DNA of 32,000 bases from Corynebacterium glutamicum ATCC 13032 (GTDB lineage Bacteria; Actinomycetota; Actinomycetes; Mycobacteriales; Mycobacteriaceae): NCBI RefSeq assembly GCF_000011325.1, contig NC_003450.3:810001-842000 (forward strand), read 5' to 3'. A program made the position numbers and the translations under genes. The notes under the pieces are model-generated. The model did no database searches and was not told the origin of the DNA. It saw only the letters and a program-made list of their open reading frames with translations. This document shows, piece after piece, positions 1 through 9,253 of this stretch (its first letter is position 1; the number at the start of each line of letters is the position of its first letter).

Positions 1-1
1 T

Positions 2-397
2 TCTGGCGACGAGGACCCGGATCTGCGCATTCAACTGACCTCGCTGAGCACTACGCATGAGTTGTGTGGGAATGACATCGAGATGGAAACGAGCTGTTTC
101 TACTCCGATGGCGGACGCGTCATGATCAACGAATCACGATGGATCCGTGGAGCCGCACCTTTTAAGGGCGATCTGGGCTCTTACCGCCAGTACTTAATCA
201 ATCACGAAGTCGGGCACGGCCTCGGCTACGCCGCCCATGATGCCTGCACCGCCCCTGGCGAGCTCGCTCCGATTATGATGCAGCAAACTTTGAGCTTGAA
301 TAATTCTGAACTTTTCCGCATCGACCCAGATGAGGTTTACCCCGACGACGACGCCACCTGCGAATTCAACCCATGGCCGTATCCTCGCGGATTTTAG
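2..397 (+). CDS. DUF3152-like protein with HExxH motif, C-terminal part (5' end lies outside the window)
   Basis: The frame is open from nt 2 with no stop, so the TTG at 62 in the ORF track is probably not the true start. It contains YRQYLINHEVGHGLGY (HExxH) and conserved Cys residues. The stop at 395-397 is followed by an AGGAG RBS for the next gene. Confidence 0.75.
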   Translation, partial: SGDEDPDLRIQLTSLSTTHELCGNDIEMETSCFYSDGGRVMINESRWIRGAAPFKGDLGSYRQYLINHEVGHGLGYAAHDACTAPGELAPIMMQQTLSLNNSELFRIDPDEVYPDDDATCEFNPWPYPRGF

Positions 398-404
398 GAG
401 ATAA

Positions 405-1166
405 ATGTCTAATCAATTACCCGATCACGTCCGCGACGCCTTCCAAGTAGGTGCGGGACCTGCCGAACAACTCGGTCAAGCTTGGGACTTCGGATTCCGC
501 GTCGGCAACACTGTGTTCGCCAAAGTGACGGCGCCGGAAGTGTCGGGCTGGTCGTCGAAAACCCGCGAAACCCTGAAACCAGAAGGCGTGCGCGTCGTAC
601 GACCGATCCGCTCCACCGACGGCCGATTTGTGGTTGCGGGGTGGCGCGCATCGGTGTTCTCTACGGGAACGATCAGCAAGCGAGTCGATGAGACGGTCGT
701 TGCGGGTCTTCGTTTGGCAGATGCATTAGTGGATACGCATGCACCGGAACCTGTGGACAATGTGTTTAACCGTGCTGATGTGCAGGCCTGGGAAGAGCAG
801 CCCGGTCGAATCGGTGAATTGTTGGAGCCGATTAATCGCGTGAACCAGGTTGGTCATGCGGATATGTTGGCGACAACGCTGTATGCGGGAACTCAGCCAC
901 CTGCAGTGACGGATTTGGTGCCAGTGCTGCGTCCGCATGGTTTCACTGCGGCATTGGTGATCGTTGATGGGTTGCTGCTGGGTGCGGTTGATGAGGGAAT
1001 TCTGCGGAGGTTTTCGCATTTGCCGGAAATTGAGCAGCTGGTTTTGAGGGCATTTTTGTTCCGTCGAAACTTGCAGGAGTTCTCTGAGAACAACGATCCG
1101 AATGTTATTTCGAACCTAAACAGGGTGGAATCGACACTCGTGTCGTATGTTTCTGACAAGATTTGA
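405..1166 (+). CDS. conserved actinobacterial hypothetical protein (possibly phosphotransferase-like, TIGR02569-type; function not verifiable here)
   Basis: 253-aa ORF with an AGGAGA RBS at 396-401 and ATG at 405. High-GC codon bias matches its neighbours. It sits directly upstream of adnA with a 3-nt gap. Confidence 0.75.
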   Translation: MSNQLPDHVRDAFQVGAGPAEQLGQAWDFGFRVGNTVFAKVTAPEVSGWSSKTRETLKPEGVRVVRPIRSTDGRFVVAGWRASVFSTGTISKRVDETVVAGLRLADALVDTHAPEPVDNVFNRADVQAWEEQPGRIGELLEPINRVNQVGHADMLATTLYAGTQPPAVTDLVPVLRPHGFTAALVIVDGLLLGAVDEGILRRFSHLPEIEQLVLRAFLFRRNLQEFSENNDPNVISNLNRVESTLVSYVSDKI

Positions 1167-1169
1167 GGT

Positions 1170-4100
1170 ATGTCGGAATACAAACCACCCATTCCATCGG
1201 ATCCACAAGTTCGGCTGATTAAGCCAACATCCAAGCTTCGTCCTCGTTCGTGGGAGGGCGAAGTTTCGCATTTAGTTAAACAAGGCACCGGTTTGTGGCG
1301 GGTGACTGGTGAGGCGGGCTCGGGGGTGAGCTCCGCTGTTGTCGATACTGTCCTTGAACGCATTCGCCAAGGGTGGGAGCCGTCATCGATGTTGGTTGTC
1401 GCCACGTCGAAAGAGGCGGCGAGTCGCTTGAGGCAAGAGATCTCGGAATCCGTAGCCCAGATGGATTATGTGTCGGAGGGGCCGTTGGTGCGATCGGTGC
1501 ACTCGGTGGCTTTCGCGCTGATTCGTGATGCGTCGGATGATGATGTGCGGTTGATTACGGGCGCTGAGCAAGATGCGGTGATTCGGGAGTTGCTGCGTGG
1601 TCATGCTGATGATGGTCGTGGGGGGTGGCCGCAGGAGCAGCGTGAGGGTTTGCGGATGGTGGGGTTCGCTAGGCAGTTGCGTGACTTTTTGCTTCGTGCG
1701 GTGGAGCGTGGTGTGGGCCCTGATGAGTTGGTGGAATTGGGGGAGCGATTTGAGCGCGCCAATTGGGTTGCTGCGGGTGAGTTCCTTCGTGAGTACAAGC
1801 AGGTGATGAAGCTGTCGGGGGCGCATAGTTTTTCTGCGTCTGAGTTGGTGACTGAAGCGCTGCGTGGTCCTGAGCCGTCGGTGAAGTATCGCGGTGTGTT
1901 TATTGATGATGCGCAGCATTTGGATCCGAAGTCGGCGGAACTTGTGTCGCGGTTTTTCCCTGAGGCGGAGTTGGCTGTGGTGGCGGGTGATCCGCAGCAG
2001 TCGGTGTTTAGGTTCCGTGGTGCGAATCCGGATTTTCTCACCAAGTTGAGTGTGGATCACGAGGTGGTGTTGAAGGGGAGGAGGAAAGCGTCGACAAGCA
2101 TTGTCGTGGCAGAGACCGAGTCGGCGCATGCGGACCTGCTTGCTGACACGGTGCGGCGCGCGCATCTCATTGATGGGCGCAGCTGGTCGGAGATCGCTGT
2201 TATCGTGCGCTCGGCCGGCATGATTGCGCCGATTTGGCGCACCCTGCTGGCCGCCGGCGTGCCCGTGCACATCAGCCCGACTGATGTGGTGCTCGCCGAA
2301 CAACGTATCGTTGCCGCAATGATTCTCGGGCTGCGCGCGCTGACGGAATCGCTCAACGCCATCGAGTTGGAGGATCTTCTCCTAGGACCGATCGGTGGCG
2401 CCGATCCGGTGACTCTGCGTCGTTTGCTGCGCGGGTTGCGGCAGGCGGAGATGAAGATGGGTGGGCAGAGGCGAGCGATCGAGGTGCTCAGAAGCCTGCT
2501 CGCAGAGTCGGATGCGGAGATGTTGGGCTTTTTGACCGATCGTGAGCTGAATTTGCTCGAGCGGGTGCGATCTGTGTTGGAAGCGGGTCGTGAAGCGCTC
2601 GCGGAACACGGCAGTATCGAAGAGGTGTTGTGGGCGCTGTGGTCGGCGACCGATCTGTCGAACTCGTTGTCCGCGATCAGCCTTCGAGGCGGCGCATCGG
2701 GGTCCCAGGCCGATCGCGATTTGGATGCGATGATGGCGCTTTTCGACGCCGCCGGCGACTACGTGGAGCGCTACCCGTCAGCGGGCGTGCGGAGTTTCAT
2801 TCTGCATATTTCTGAGCAGGAACTTCCGACCGGCATGCGTGAGCGACGCGGCGCGATCCCGGAGGCCGTCGAGGTGCTGACGGCGCACGCGACGACGGGT
2901 CGTGAGTGGAAGCGCGTGATCGTTGCTGAGGTGCAGGAGGGCAGTTGGCCGTCGCTCGGTGAAACTGGCACGCTGCTTGGTCAGGAAGAGTTCGTCGATT
3001 TGGTGGATGAGGGTATTGATCCCGATATCATCATTTCCCGATCCGCCGAACGACTGGCGGAGGAACGCCGACTGTTCTACCTCGCCACCACCAGATCCAC
3101 CGAATCGCTCCTGGTTACCGCTGTGAATTCCCCCGACTCCGACGAAGTCCGCGAACCCTCCCGGTTTTTGGAATTGCTGAGTCAACCGATCGTTGTTCTC
3201 GAGGGGGAGGAAGCTTCGGCGATCGCGGAACCGGAGGAGATTGGGCATCGGTTGTTGTCGATTCCTGCGATGGTTGCTGAGTTGCGTCGTGTGGTGAATG
3301 ATCCGCGGGATCCGCGTCGGAAGCAGGCTGCGAGGCAGTTGTCGAGGCTTGCGGAGGCGGGGATTCCGGGTGCGAATCCTGCCGAGTGGACGAATCTGCG
3401 CACTCCGTCGACTGATGAGGAGTTGATCAAGGGGGCGGTGTCGTTGTCGCCGTCGCGGATTGAGCAGTTGTTGAATTGTCCGCTGCGCGCTGTGTTGGAT
3501 CGTTTGGACAGTGAGGAGGAAACGCCGATCGCGATGCTCAAGGGCACCTTGGTGCACGCGTTTGCGGAGGCGGTCGCCGGTGGCGTCGATGCGGCGCTCG
3601 CCGAAGAGAAGGTGACCAGCGCCTACATGCAGCTGGCGAACGTGCCGAGCTGGTCGCGCGAAAGCACCGAAATTGCTTTTCGACGCATCCTCTCACGTAC
3701 CGATACCTGGCTGAAGACTTCTCGCGCCGATTTTACGGAAGTGGGAACGGAGATGGACGTATCGGTGACCATCGATGACTCCGTATCGATCCGTGGTCGC
3801 ATGGACCGTTTGGAGCGAAACAAATCCGGCGAGTTGGTGGTTGTTGATTTCAAAACGGGCAAAACTCAAATCGCTGCAAAAGACATGGGCGATCACCCAC
3901 AGTTGTTTGCGTATCAATTGGCGTTGTCGAAAGGCGTGCTGCATGGTGACAAAATCAGTGACCCCAATCCCGGCGAAACCCCCGATCCTGTAGGCGGCGG
4001 ATTGCTTGTCTACCCAGCAACCGACACCAAGGCAGTCGGCCAGCGAATGCAGGATCCGAAAACTCAAGAAGATCTCGACGATTTCGCAGCGATGCTCCCC

Positions 4101-4220
4101 GGCTTGGCAGAACACCTCCGCGGCCCCAATCTGCTCGCCCGAGTAAATCCCACATGCTCGACGTGTCCCGTTCGAAGCCTGTGCCCAGTTCAACCCGAAG
4201 GACGTGTCATCCATGCGTAG
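1170..4220 (+). CDS. adnA: AdnA-type helicase-nuclease subunit (UvrD-like motor with degenerate Walker A plus RecB-type nuclease with a Cys4 cluster)
   Basis: 1016 aa. The Walker A position reads GEAGSGVSS (no Lys). A motif II-like VFIDDAQHLD is present. The C-terminal nuclease has RGRMDRLE...VVVDFKTGK. Cysteines are Cys770 and Cys996-x2-Cys999-x5-Cys1005. The stop overlaps the adnB start. The synteny adnA-adnB-K channel-nudC-uvrD2 is as in mycobacteria. Confidence 0.85.
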   Translation: MSEYKPPIPSDPQVRLIKPTSKLRPRSWEGEVSHLVKQGTGLWRVTGEAGSGVSSAVVDTVLERIRQGWEPSSMLVVATSKEAASRLRQEISESVAQMDYVSEGPLVRSVHSVAFALIRDASDDDVRLITGAEQDAVIRELLRGHADDGRGGWPQEQREGLRMVGFARQLRDFLLRAVERGVGPDELVELGERFERANWVAAGEFLREYKQVMKLSGAHSFSASELVTEALRGPEPSVKYRGVFIDDAQHLDPKSAELVSRFFPEAELAVVAGDPQQSVFRFRGANPDFLTKLSVDHEVVLKGRRKASTSIVVAETESAHADLLADTVRRAHLIDGRSWSEIAVIVRSAGMIAPIWRTLLAAGVPVHISPTDVVLAEQRIVAAMILGLRALTESLNAIELEDLLLGPIGGADPVTLRRLLRGLRQAEMKMGGQRRAIEVLRSLLAESDAEMLGFLTDRELNLLERVRSVLEAGREALAEHGSIEEVLWALWSATDLSNSLSAISLRGGASGSQADRDLDAMMALFDAAGDYVERYPSAGVRSFILHISEQELPTGMRERRGAIPEAVEVLTAHATTGREWKRVIVAEVQEGSWPSLGETGTLLGQEEFVDLVDEGIDPDIIISRSAERLAEERRLFYLATTRSTESLLVTAVNSPDSDEVREPSRFLELLSQPIVVLEGEEASAIAEPEEIGHRLLSIPAMVAELRRVVNDPRDPRRKQAARQLSRLAEAGIPGANPAEWTNLRTPSTDEELIKGAVSLSPSRIEQLLNCPLRAVLDRLDSEEETPIAMLKGTLVHAFAEAVAGGVDAALAEEKVTSAYMQLANVPSWSRESTEIAFRRILSRTDTWLKTSRADFTEVGTEMDVSVTIDDSVSIRGRMDRLERNKSGELVVVDFKTGKTQIAAKDMGDHPQLFAYQLALSKGVLHGDKISDPNPGETPDPVGGGLLVYPATDTKAVGQRMQDPKTQEDLDDFAAMLPGLAEHLRGPNLLARVNPTCSTCPVRSLCPVQPEGRVIHA

Positions 4221-7200
4221 GATTTCTCCTCGACTGCTCTCCCAATATTTGGGACAAGAGCATGCGCCAACTGATCAGCAATCTGCGATCATTGGATCCG
4301 AACCCGGCCCACTGTTGGTAGTGGCTGGTGCCGGCGCAGGAAAAACGGAGACGATGGCTGCACGAGTGGTGTGGTTGGTAGCGAACGGATTCGTCGCCCC
4401 AGATCAAGTGCTGGGTCTGACATTTACCAGGAAGGCGGCGCAACAGCTGTCGCAGCGCATCCGAAAGCGTTTGGAGACTCTTGCTGGTGTGCCTCGCCTG
4501 AAAGACATTGATCCCACCGGCCAGTTGGAGAAAAACCTTCAGGCGATCACCCCAACGGTATCCACCTATGACTCCTATGCGGGCACGTTGATTAGAGAAT
4601 ACGGATTGCTGCTTCCAGTAGAACCTTCCGCAAGGTTGATCACACAAACGGAGCTTTATCACATCGCTCGCAACGTGGTGAACAACTACGACGGTGAGCT
4701 CACCGCCACCCAAACGCCGGCCACTGTCACGGAATACCTCCTCAAGCTGGTATCCGAAATGGACAACCACATGGTTACCGCAGAGGATATCCGTGAGGAG
4801 TCCGATCCGTTCATTAAGCTTTTCGACGAACTCCCCAAGGGCAAGGGTCAGCGCGACAACCTCAACGCCGAAATGACGAAGTGGCGGGATACACAGGTCG
4901 CTCGCCTCCAGTACTTGCCCCTCGTGAAGGCTTTGAAAGAGGAACTGCACAATCAGGCTGTGGTGACGTTTGGTGAGCAGATGTCTAAGGCAGCTCATCT
5001 CGCATCGACGCATCCTCAGGTGGGCTATTCGCAGAGGCGACGGTTCCGCGTTGTCATGCTTGATGAGTATCAGGACACCAGCCACTCGCAGCGTGTGTTG
5101 TTGAGCAGTCTTTTCGGTGGCACCGATCCTGGTCTCACTGTTAATGCTGTGGGCGATCCAATGCAGGCGATTTATGGTTGGCGAGGTGCGACAGCGGCGA
5201 ACTTGGAGAATTTCGTTGACGATTTCCCCGTCATCCATCTCGATGGAAAAACGAGAGCACCGAAAAACGAGTTGACCACAAGTTGGCGAAACCCACCAGA
5301 AGTCCTCACCCTTGCCAACGCAGTTTCGCGGGAGGTGCTTGGGTCGCCCGATGCGCCGACTCGGACGGTGCAGCCGCTGCAGCCTCGGGAAGGCGCACCG
5401 ACCGGTGAAGTGTCGCTCGGATGGTTTGGTACGGCGGCGCAGGAACGTGAGTTTGTGGCTGATGAGATGGTGAAGCATTGGAATGCGCGGGAGGAGAAGG
5501 GCACATTTACTGCTGCGGTGTTGGTGCGTAAGAAGCGTCATTCGGCACCGATGGCGGAGGAGCTGACCAAGCGTGGCATCCCCGTGGAGATCGTCGGACT
5601 GTCTGGTTTGTTGGATATCCCTGAGATTGCCGATCTAATTTCTCTAGCAACTATGCTCGTGCGTCCTCACGATAATCGGGCTGCGTTGCGTATTTTGGCG
5701 GGCCCGCATGTGGGTTTGGGTGTGGCGGATTTGCAGCGGTTGCAGGGTCGTGCGCGCAATATTGCGGGTCGTGTGTCTCGTGAGCGTCGAGAGAAGAACC
5801 CAGATCCATTAGCGGAGCTTGATGCGATTATTGAGGAAGCGACTGCGATTGAACCGGAAGCTGTGGTTGGTCTAGCTGATGCGGTTGCCGATTTGGGTGA
5901 GGGCGATCGTTTCAGCGAGGAGGGGTTGAGTCGTTTGAAGCGACTGGCCACTCAGTTGCGATATTTGCGTAAGTACAGCTTGGGTCGTTCGGTGGCGGAC
6001 ATTTTTGCTGATATTGAAACTGTGTTCAATATTCGCACGGAGGTGTTGTCGAGGCAGGATCCTCACGCCGATGGTGCTGCTGGAACGGTGCATTTGGATA
6101 AGTTCGCAGAAGAGGTCGCAAGTCACGGTGGCATTGGGCTGCCTGAGCTGTTGGACTATTTTGAGCTCGCGAAGGATCAGGAAGAGGGCCTTGAGCCGGG
6201 TGAGGTGACGGTTCGCAGCGATCGTGTGCAGATCCTTACTGTCCACAAGGCTAAGGGTTTGGAGTGGGATATCGTTTCGGTGTTGCATGCCGATGCGTCG
6301 ACCTATGATGCGAAGGCTTCGACGTGGTTGAAAAATGTCACGATGATCCCGTCGTCGCTTCGTGGCGATGCCGGGACCGGCGCCCCAGAGATGGATACCT
6401 CTGAGGCGGACGATCGCAAAGCTCTGGAAGATTCCGGCAAGGAGTACACCAGTGAAGTGCGTGAGGGGTTACGGGAGGAAAATTCGCGACTGTTTTATGT
6501 CGGTATCACGCGCAGCGAACGGGTGTTGCTCGTGACGGGTTCGGCGCTTGATGAAAGTGGCACAAAGGCGAAAGTTCCCTACGGCCACTTGGAGATCCTT
6601 CGGGATAAAGCGCCGGAGTGCGTGGTGTCGTGGTGGGAAGGGGAAGAGGGGGACGTCGAAAAGCAAAAACCTGCGGAAGGCGTCTTCCCGCAACTGCTCG
6701 CCGCTGACTCCTCCGGCGCGGATTTGGTGCGCGGCCCGCGCGCCGAGCCAAACAACGAGGGCGGGCTGGAAAGCTTGTGGGAAAAAGAGGTAAGCGCGCT
6801 TATCGACGAACACCGCCGCCTTTCCAACCCCATCGTCGAAGTCGAAACGCCCCGCGAACTCACGGCCACCGACCTCGTCTCTATGAAAAACAATCCCGAA
6901 CAGTTCGCCCGACGAATGCGTCGCCCTGTCCCGTTCAAACCAAACACCTACGCAAAACGCGGCACACTGTTCCACCAATGGCTCGAAGATCGGTTTGGCA
7001 GCACCGCGCTTCTCGACGAAACCGAGCTCCCCGGCATCGACGAGGACTACTCGGATGACGCATTCATCGAACTCCGCGACGCGTTCCTAGGATCTACTTG
7101 GGAAAACCGCACACCGGAATTCGTCGAACATCCCTTCGAAGTAACGATCGGCGAACACGTCATCCGCGGCCGCATGGACGCCGTCTTCCACACCGATGGC

Positions 7201-7425
7201 ACCTGGATGGTGGTCGACTGGAAAACCGGACGCACCCCAACCGGCCCCGAAATGGACGCAGCGATCATCCAGCTCGCTGTCTATAGACTCGCCTGGGCAC
7301 GACTCAAAGGCCTCGAACCTGAAGAAGTCCGCGCAGCATTCCATTACGTCGCCCACGATCACACCTTTGAGCCGAACGATCTGCCGACTCAAGAAGAACT
7401 AGCCCGGCTGCTCAGTCAGGAATGA
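4213..7425 (+). CDS. adnB: AdnB-type helicase-nuclease subunit (active UvrD-like motor plus RecB-type nuclease)
   Basis: Contains Walker A VVAGAGAGKTETM, motif II MLDEYQDTS, TVHKAKGLEWD, RLFYVGITRS, and nuclease motif RGRMDAVF...MVVDWKTGR. ATG 4213 lies 10 nt after GAAGGA (4197-4202). The GTG at 4204 given in the ORF track is an alternative start. The gene overlaps the adnA stop (TAG 4218-4220). Confidence 0.9.
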   Translation: MRRISPRLLSQYLGQEHAPTDQQSAIIGSEPGPLLVVAGAGAGKTETMAARVVWLVANGFVAPDQVLGLTFTRKAAQQLSQRIRKRLETLAGVPRLKDIDPTGQLEKNLQAITPTVSTYDSYAGTLIREYGLLLPVEPSARLITQTELYHIARNVVNNYDGELTATQTPATVTEYLLKLVSEMDNHMVTAEDIREESDPFIKLFDELPKGKGQRDNLNAEMTKWRDTQVARLQYLPLVKALKEELHNQAVVTFGEQMSKAAHLASTHPQVGYSQRRRFRVVMLDEYQDTSHSQRVLLSSLFGGTDPGLTVNAVGDPMQAIYGWRGATAANLENFVDDFPVIHLDGKTRAPKNELTTSWRNPPEVLTLANAVSREVLGSPDAPTRTVQPLQPREGAPTGEVSLGWFGTAAQEREFVADEMVKHWNAREEKGTFTAAVLVRKKRHSAPMAEELTKRGIPVEIVGLSGLLDIPEIADLISLATMLVRPHDNRAALRILAGPHVGLGVADLQRLQGRARNIAGRVSRERREKNPDPLAELDAIIEEATAIEPEAVVGLADAVADLGEGDRFSEEGLSRLKRLATQLRYLRKYSLGRSVADIFADIETVFNIRTEVLSRQDPHADGAAGTVHLDKFAEEVASHGGIGLPELLDYFELAKDQEEGLEPGEVTVRSDRVQILTVHKAKGLEWDIVSVLHADASTYDAKASTWLKNVTMIPSSLRGDAGTGAPEMDTSEADDRKALEDSGKEYTSEVREGLREENSRLFYVGITRSERVLLVTGSALDESGTKAKVPYGHLEILRDKAPECVVSWWEGEEGDVEKQKPAEGVFPQLLAADSSGADLVRGPRAEPNNEGGLESLWEKEVSALIDEHRRLSNPIVEVETPRELTATDLVSMKNNPEQFARRMRRPVPFKPNTYAKRGTLFHQWLEDRFGSTALLDETELPGIDEDYSDDAFIELRDAFLGSTWENRTPEFVEHPFEVTIGEHVIRGRMDAVFHTDGTWMVVDWKTGRTPTGPEMDAAIIQLAVYRLAWARLKGLEPEEVRAAFHYVAHDHTFEPNDLPTQEELARLLSQE

Positions 7426-7464
7426 TGCGCCTAAGATCAAACAAGAATGAAAGGACGGTGAACA

Positions 7465-8526
7465 ATGGGCCGAATGAAAAACGATGGTGAACTCGCGGAT
7501 CTGCCGGATCATGCACTTTTGAGCATTATTCGAATCCCGCAGGCGGCGAAAAGAAGCCCCTGGGCGCTGATCTTAACGCGCATCGGATACGCGATGGTGC
7601 TGCTGGTTATCGTCACCATGGTTGTCTATTTTGACCGCAACGGATACTCCGAAGACCTCACGTTCATCGACGCGTTGTACTATTCCACAGTCTCGTTGAC
7701 CACCGTGGGCTACGGCGATATCACCCCGGTGACGCAATCGGCACGCCTGATCAACATCATCGTCCTCACCCCAGCACGCATCGGCTTCCTGATCCTCCTG
7801 GTCGGCACCACCTTGTCAGTGCTCACCGAAGAATCGCGCCGGGCCCTGCAAATCCAACGTTGGAGAAAACGCATGCGCAACCACACCGTCGTTGTCGGAT
7901 ACGGAACCAAAGGTCGCTCCGCGGTCGCTGCACTGCTTGCCGACGGCGTCCCCGCCAACCAGATCGTTGTTATCGACACCGATCAAGTCTCCCTCGACGC
8001 CGCCAACAACAGCGGACTCGTCACCGTCAAAGGCTCCGCCACCAAAGCAGATGTGTTGCGTCTAGCTGGCGTGTCACGAGCGCGCGCCGTCGTCGTGGCA
8101 CCGAACCTGGACGATACTGCAGTTCTGGTGACTCTATCGGTGCGAGAAATCGCGCCGCAGGCAATGATTGTGGCCAGTGTCCGAGAATCTGAAAACCAAC
8201 ACCTCCTCGAACAATCCGGTGCGGACTCGGTTGTGATCTCCTCAGAAACCGCTGGCCGAATGCTCGGTCTGGCAACAGTTACCCCATCGGTTGTGGAGAT
8301 GATGGAAGACCTCCTCTCACCCGACGAAGGATTCTCCGTTGCCGAACGACTAGTCGGTGAGGATGAAATCGGCTCCAACCCACGACACCTCGCTGACATC
8401 GTCCTCGGTGTTGTTCGATCCGGTGAGCTCTACCGCATCGACTCCCCAGAAGCAGAAACTGTAGAGCCCGGCGATCGTCTCCTTTACGTTCGCCGAGTAT
8501 TTAGCGAGGAGGTAAATGACAAATGA
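7465..8526 (+). CDS. cglK: two-TM potassium channel with C-terminal RCK/KTN domain (CglK/MthK type)
   Basis: Contains the selectivity filter TTVGYGD, flanking hydrophobic helices, and a Rossmann-type VVVGYGTKGRS RCK domain. AAAGGA precedes ATG 7465. An internal GGAGAA plus ATG occurs at 7862-7875 (Met137). Confidence 0.9.
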   Translation: MGRMKNDGELADLPDHALLSIIRIPQAAKRSPWALILTRIGYAMVLLVIVTMVVYFDRNGYSEDLTFIDALYYSTVSLTTVGYGDITPVTQSARLINIIVLTPARIGFLILLVGTTLSVLTEESRRALQIQRWRKRMRNHTVVVGYGTKGRSAVAALLADGVPANQIVVIDTDQVSLDAANNSGLVTVKGSATKADVLRLAGVSRARAVVVAPNLDDTAVLVTLSVREIAPQAMIVASVRESENQHLLEQSGADSVVISSETAGRMLGLATVTPSVVEMMEDLLSPDEGFSVAERLVGEDEIGSNPRHLADIVLGVVRSGELYRIDSPEAETVEPGDRLLYVRRVFSEEVNDK

Positions 8527-9239
8527 GAATTCTTCCCATCGGCCCCCACGATGAAATCGCCGTCAACGGATCAATAGTCCTTCTATCCGAGCACGACGGA
8601 GACATCGTATCGGTCGGCCCCGACCTCGGCACGGTGCGAGTTACCCTTGAAGAGATCGAAAGTTTAGGTACACCGACGGCACCCCGCGATCTGGGTTCTC
8701 GGGAAGTCGACGCATGCGTATCGTTGCTCCGCAACCGCGAGTTAGTGCGATTCGATCCCCACGATGGCAGTGAATTAACCTATCGGGAACATAGCGTTGC
8801 TTACGGTGCGAGTGGCAAGCCATTGTTTCCCCGATTGGATCCAGCGGTGATCGGCATTGTGGAGCTGCGAGGTGAGGATCGTTTGCTTCTGGGCATGAAT
8901 GCGCAGAAACGCCAACGCTATTCATTAATCGCAGGTTATGTTTCGCATGGTGAGTCGCTGGAAGACGCATTCACCAGAGAAGTGTTCGAGGAAGCGGCGC
9001 GCCGGGTATCTGAGATTTCCTATGTGTCGTCTCAACCATGGCCGATCTCTGGTTCGCTGATGCTGGGTATGAAGGGCTTCACGGAAGATGAGTTGCCTCA
9101 AGGCGAAACTGATGGTGAATTAGCGGAGACAATCTGGGCTTCGCCACTAGACATTATCGATCGTAAGATTCCGATCGCCCCACCCGGATCGATTGCCTAC
9201 GACATGATCAACGCCTGGGCGCGAGATAAACAAAACTAA
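8523..9239 (+). CDS. nudC: Nudix hydrolase, NudC-like (NAD(H) diphosphatase family) lacking the Cys4 zinc ribbon
   Basis: Contains the Nudix box GYVSHGESLEDAFTREVFEEAARRV and the NudC signature SQPWPISGSLMLG. ATGA start/stop overlap with the channel gene (8523-8526). Confidence 0.85.
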   Translation: MRILPIGPHDEIAVNGSIVLLSEHDGDIVSVGPDLGTVRVTLEEIESLGTPTAPRDLGSREVDACVSLLRNRELVRFDPHDGSELTYREHSVAYGASGKPLFPRLDPAVIGIVELRGEDRLLLGMNAQKRQRYSLIAGYVSHGESLEDAFTREVFEEAARRVSEISYVSSQPWPISGSLMLGMKGFTEDELPQGETDGELAETIWASPLDIIDRKIPIAPPGSIAYDMINAWARDKQN

Positions 9240-9253
9240 GGGAGCTTTTTACA

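Noticed and set aside
1383-2303. 306-aa minus-strand ORF, and similar ones at 1601-2044, 2057-2362 and 2778-3557, inside adnA
   Set aside because: These are shadow ORFs antisense to a motif-rich high-GC gene. They have Arg/His/Pro/Gln-rich nonsense composition, no RBS and no recognisable domains.
4207-5541. 444-aa minus-strand ORF antisense to adnB
   Set aside because: It is a typical high-GC antisense shadow frame. The plus strand carries unambiguous helicase motifs (Walker A, DEYQD) over the same nucleotides.
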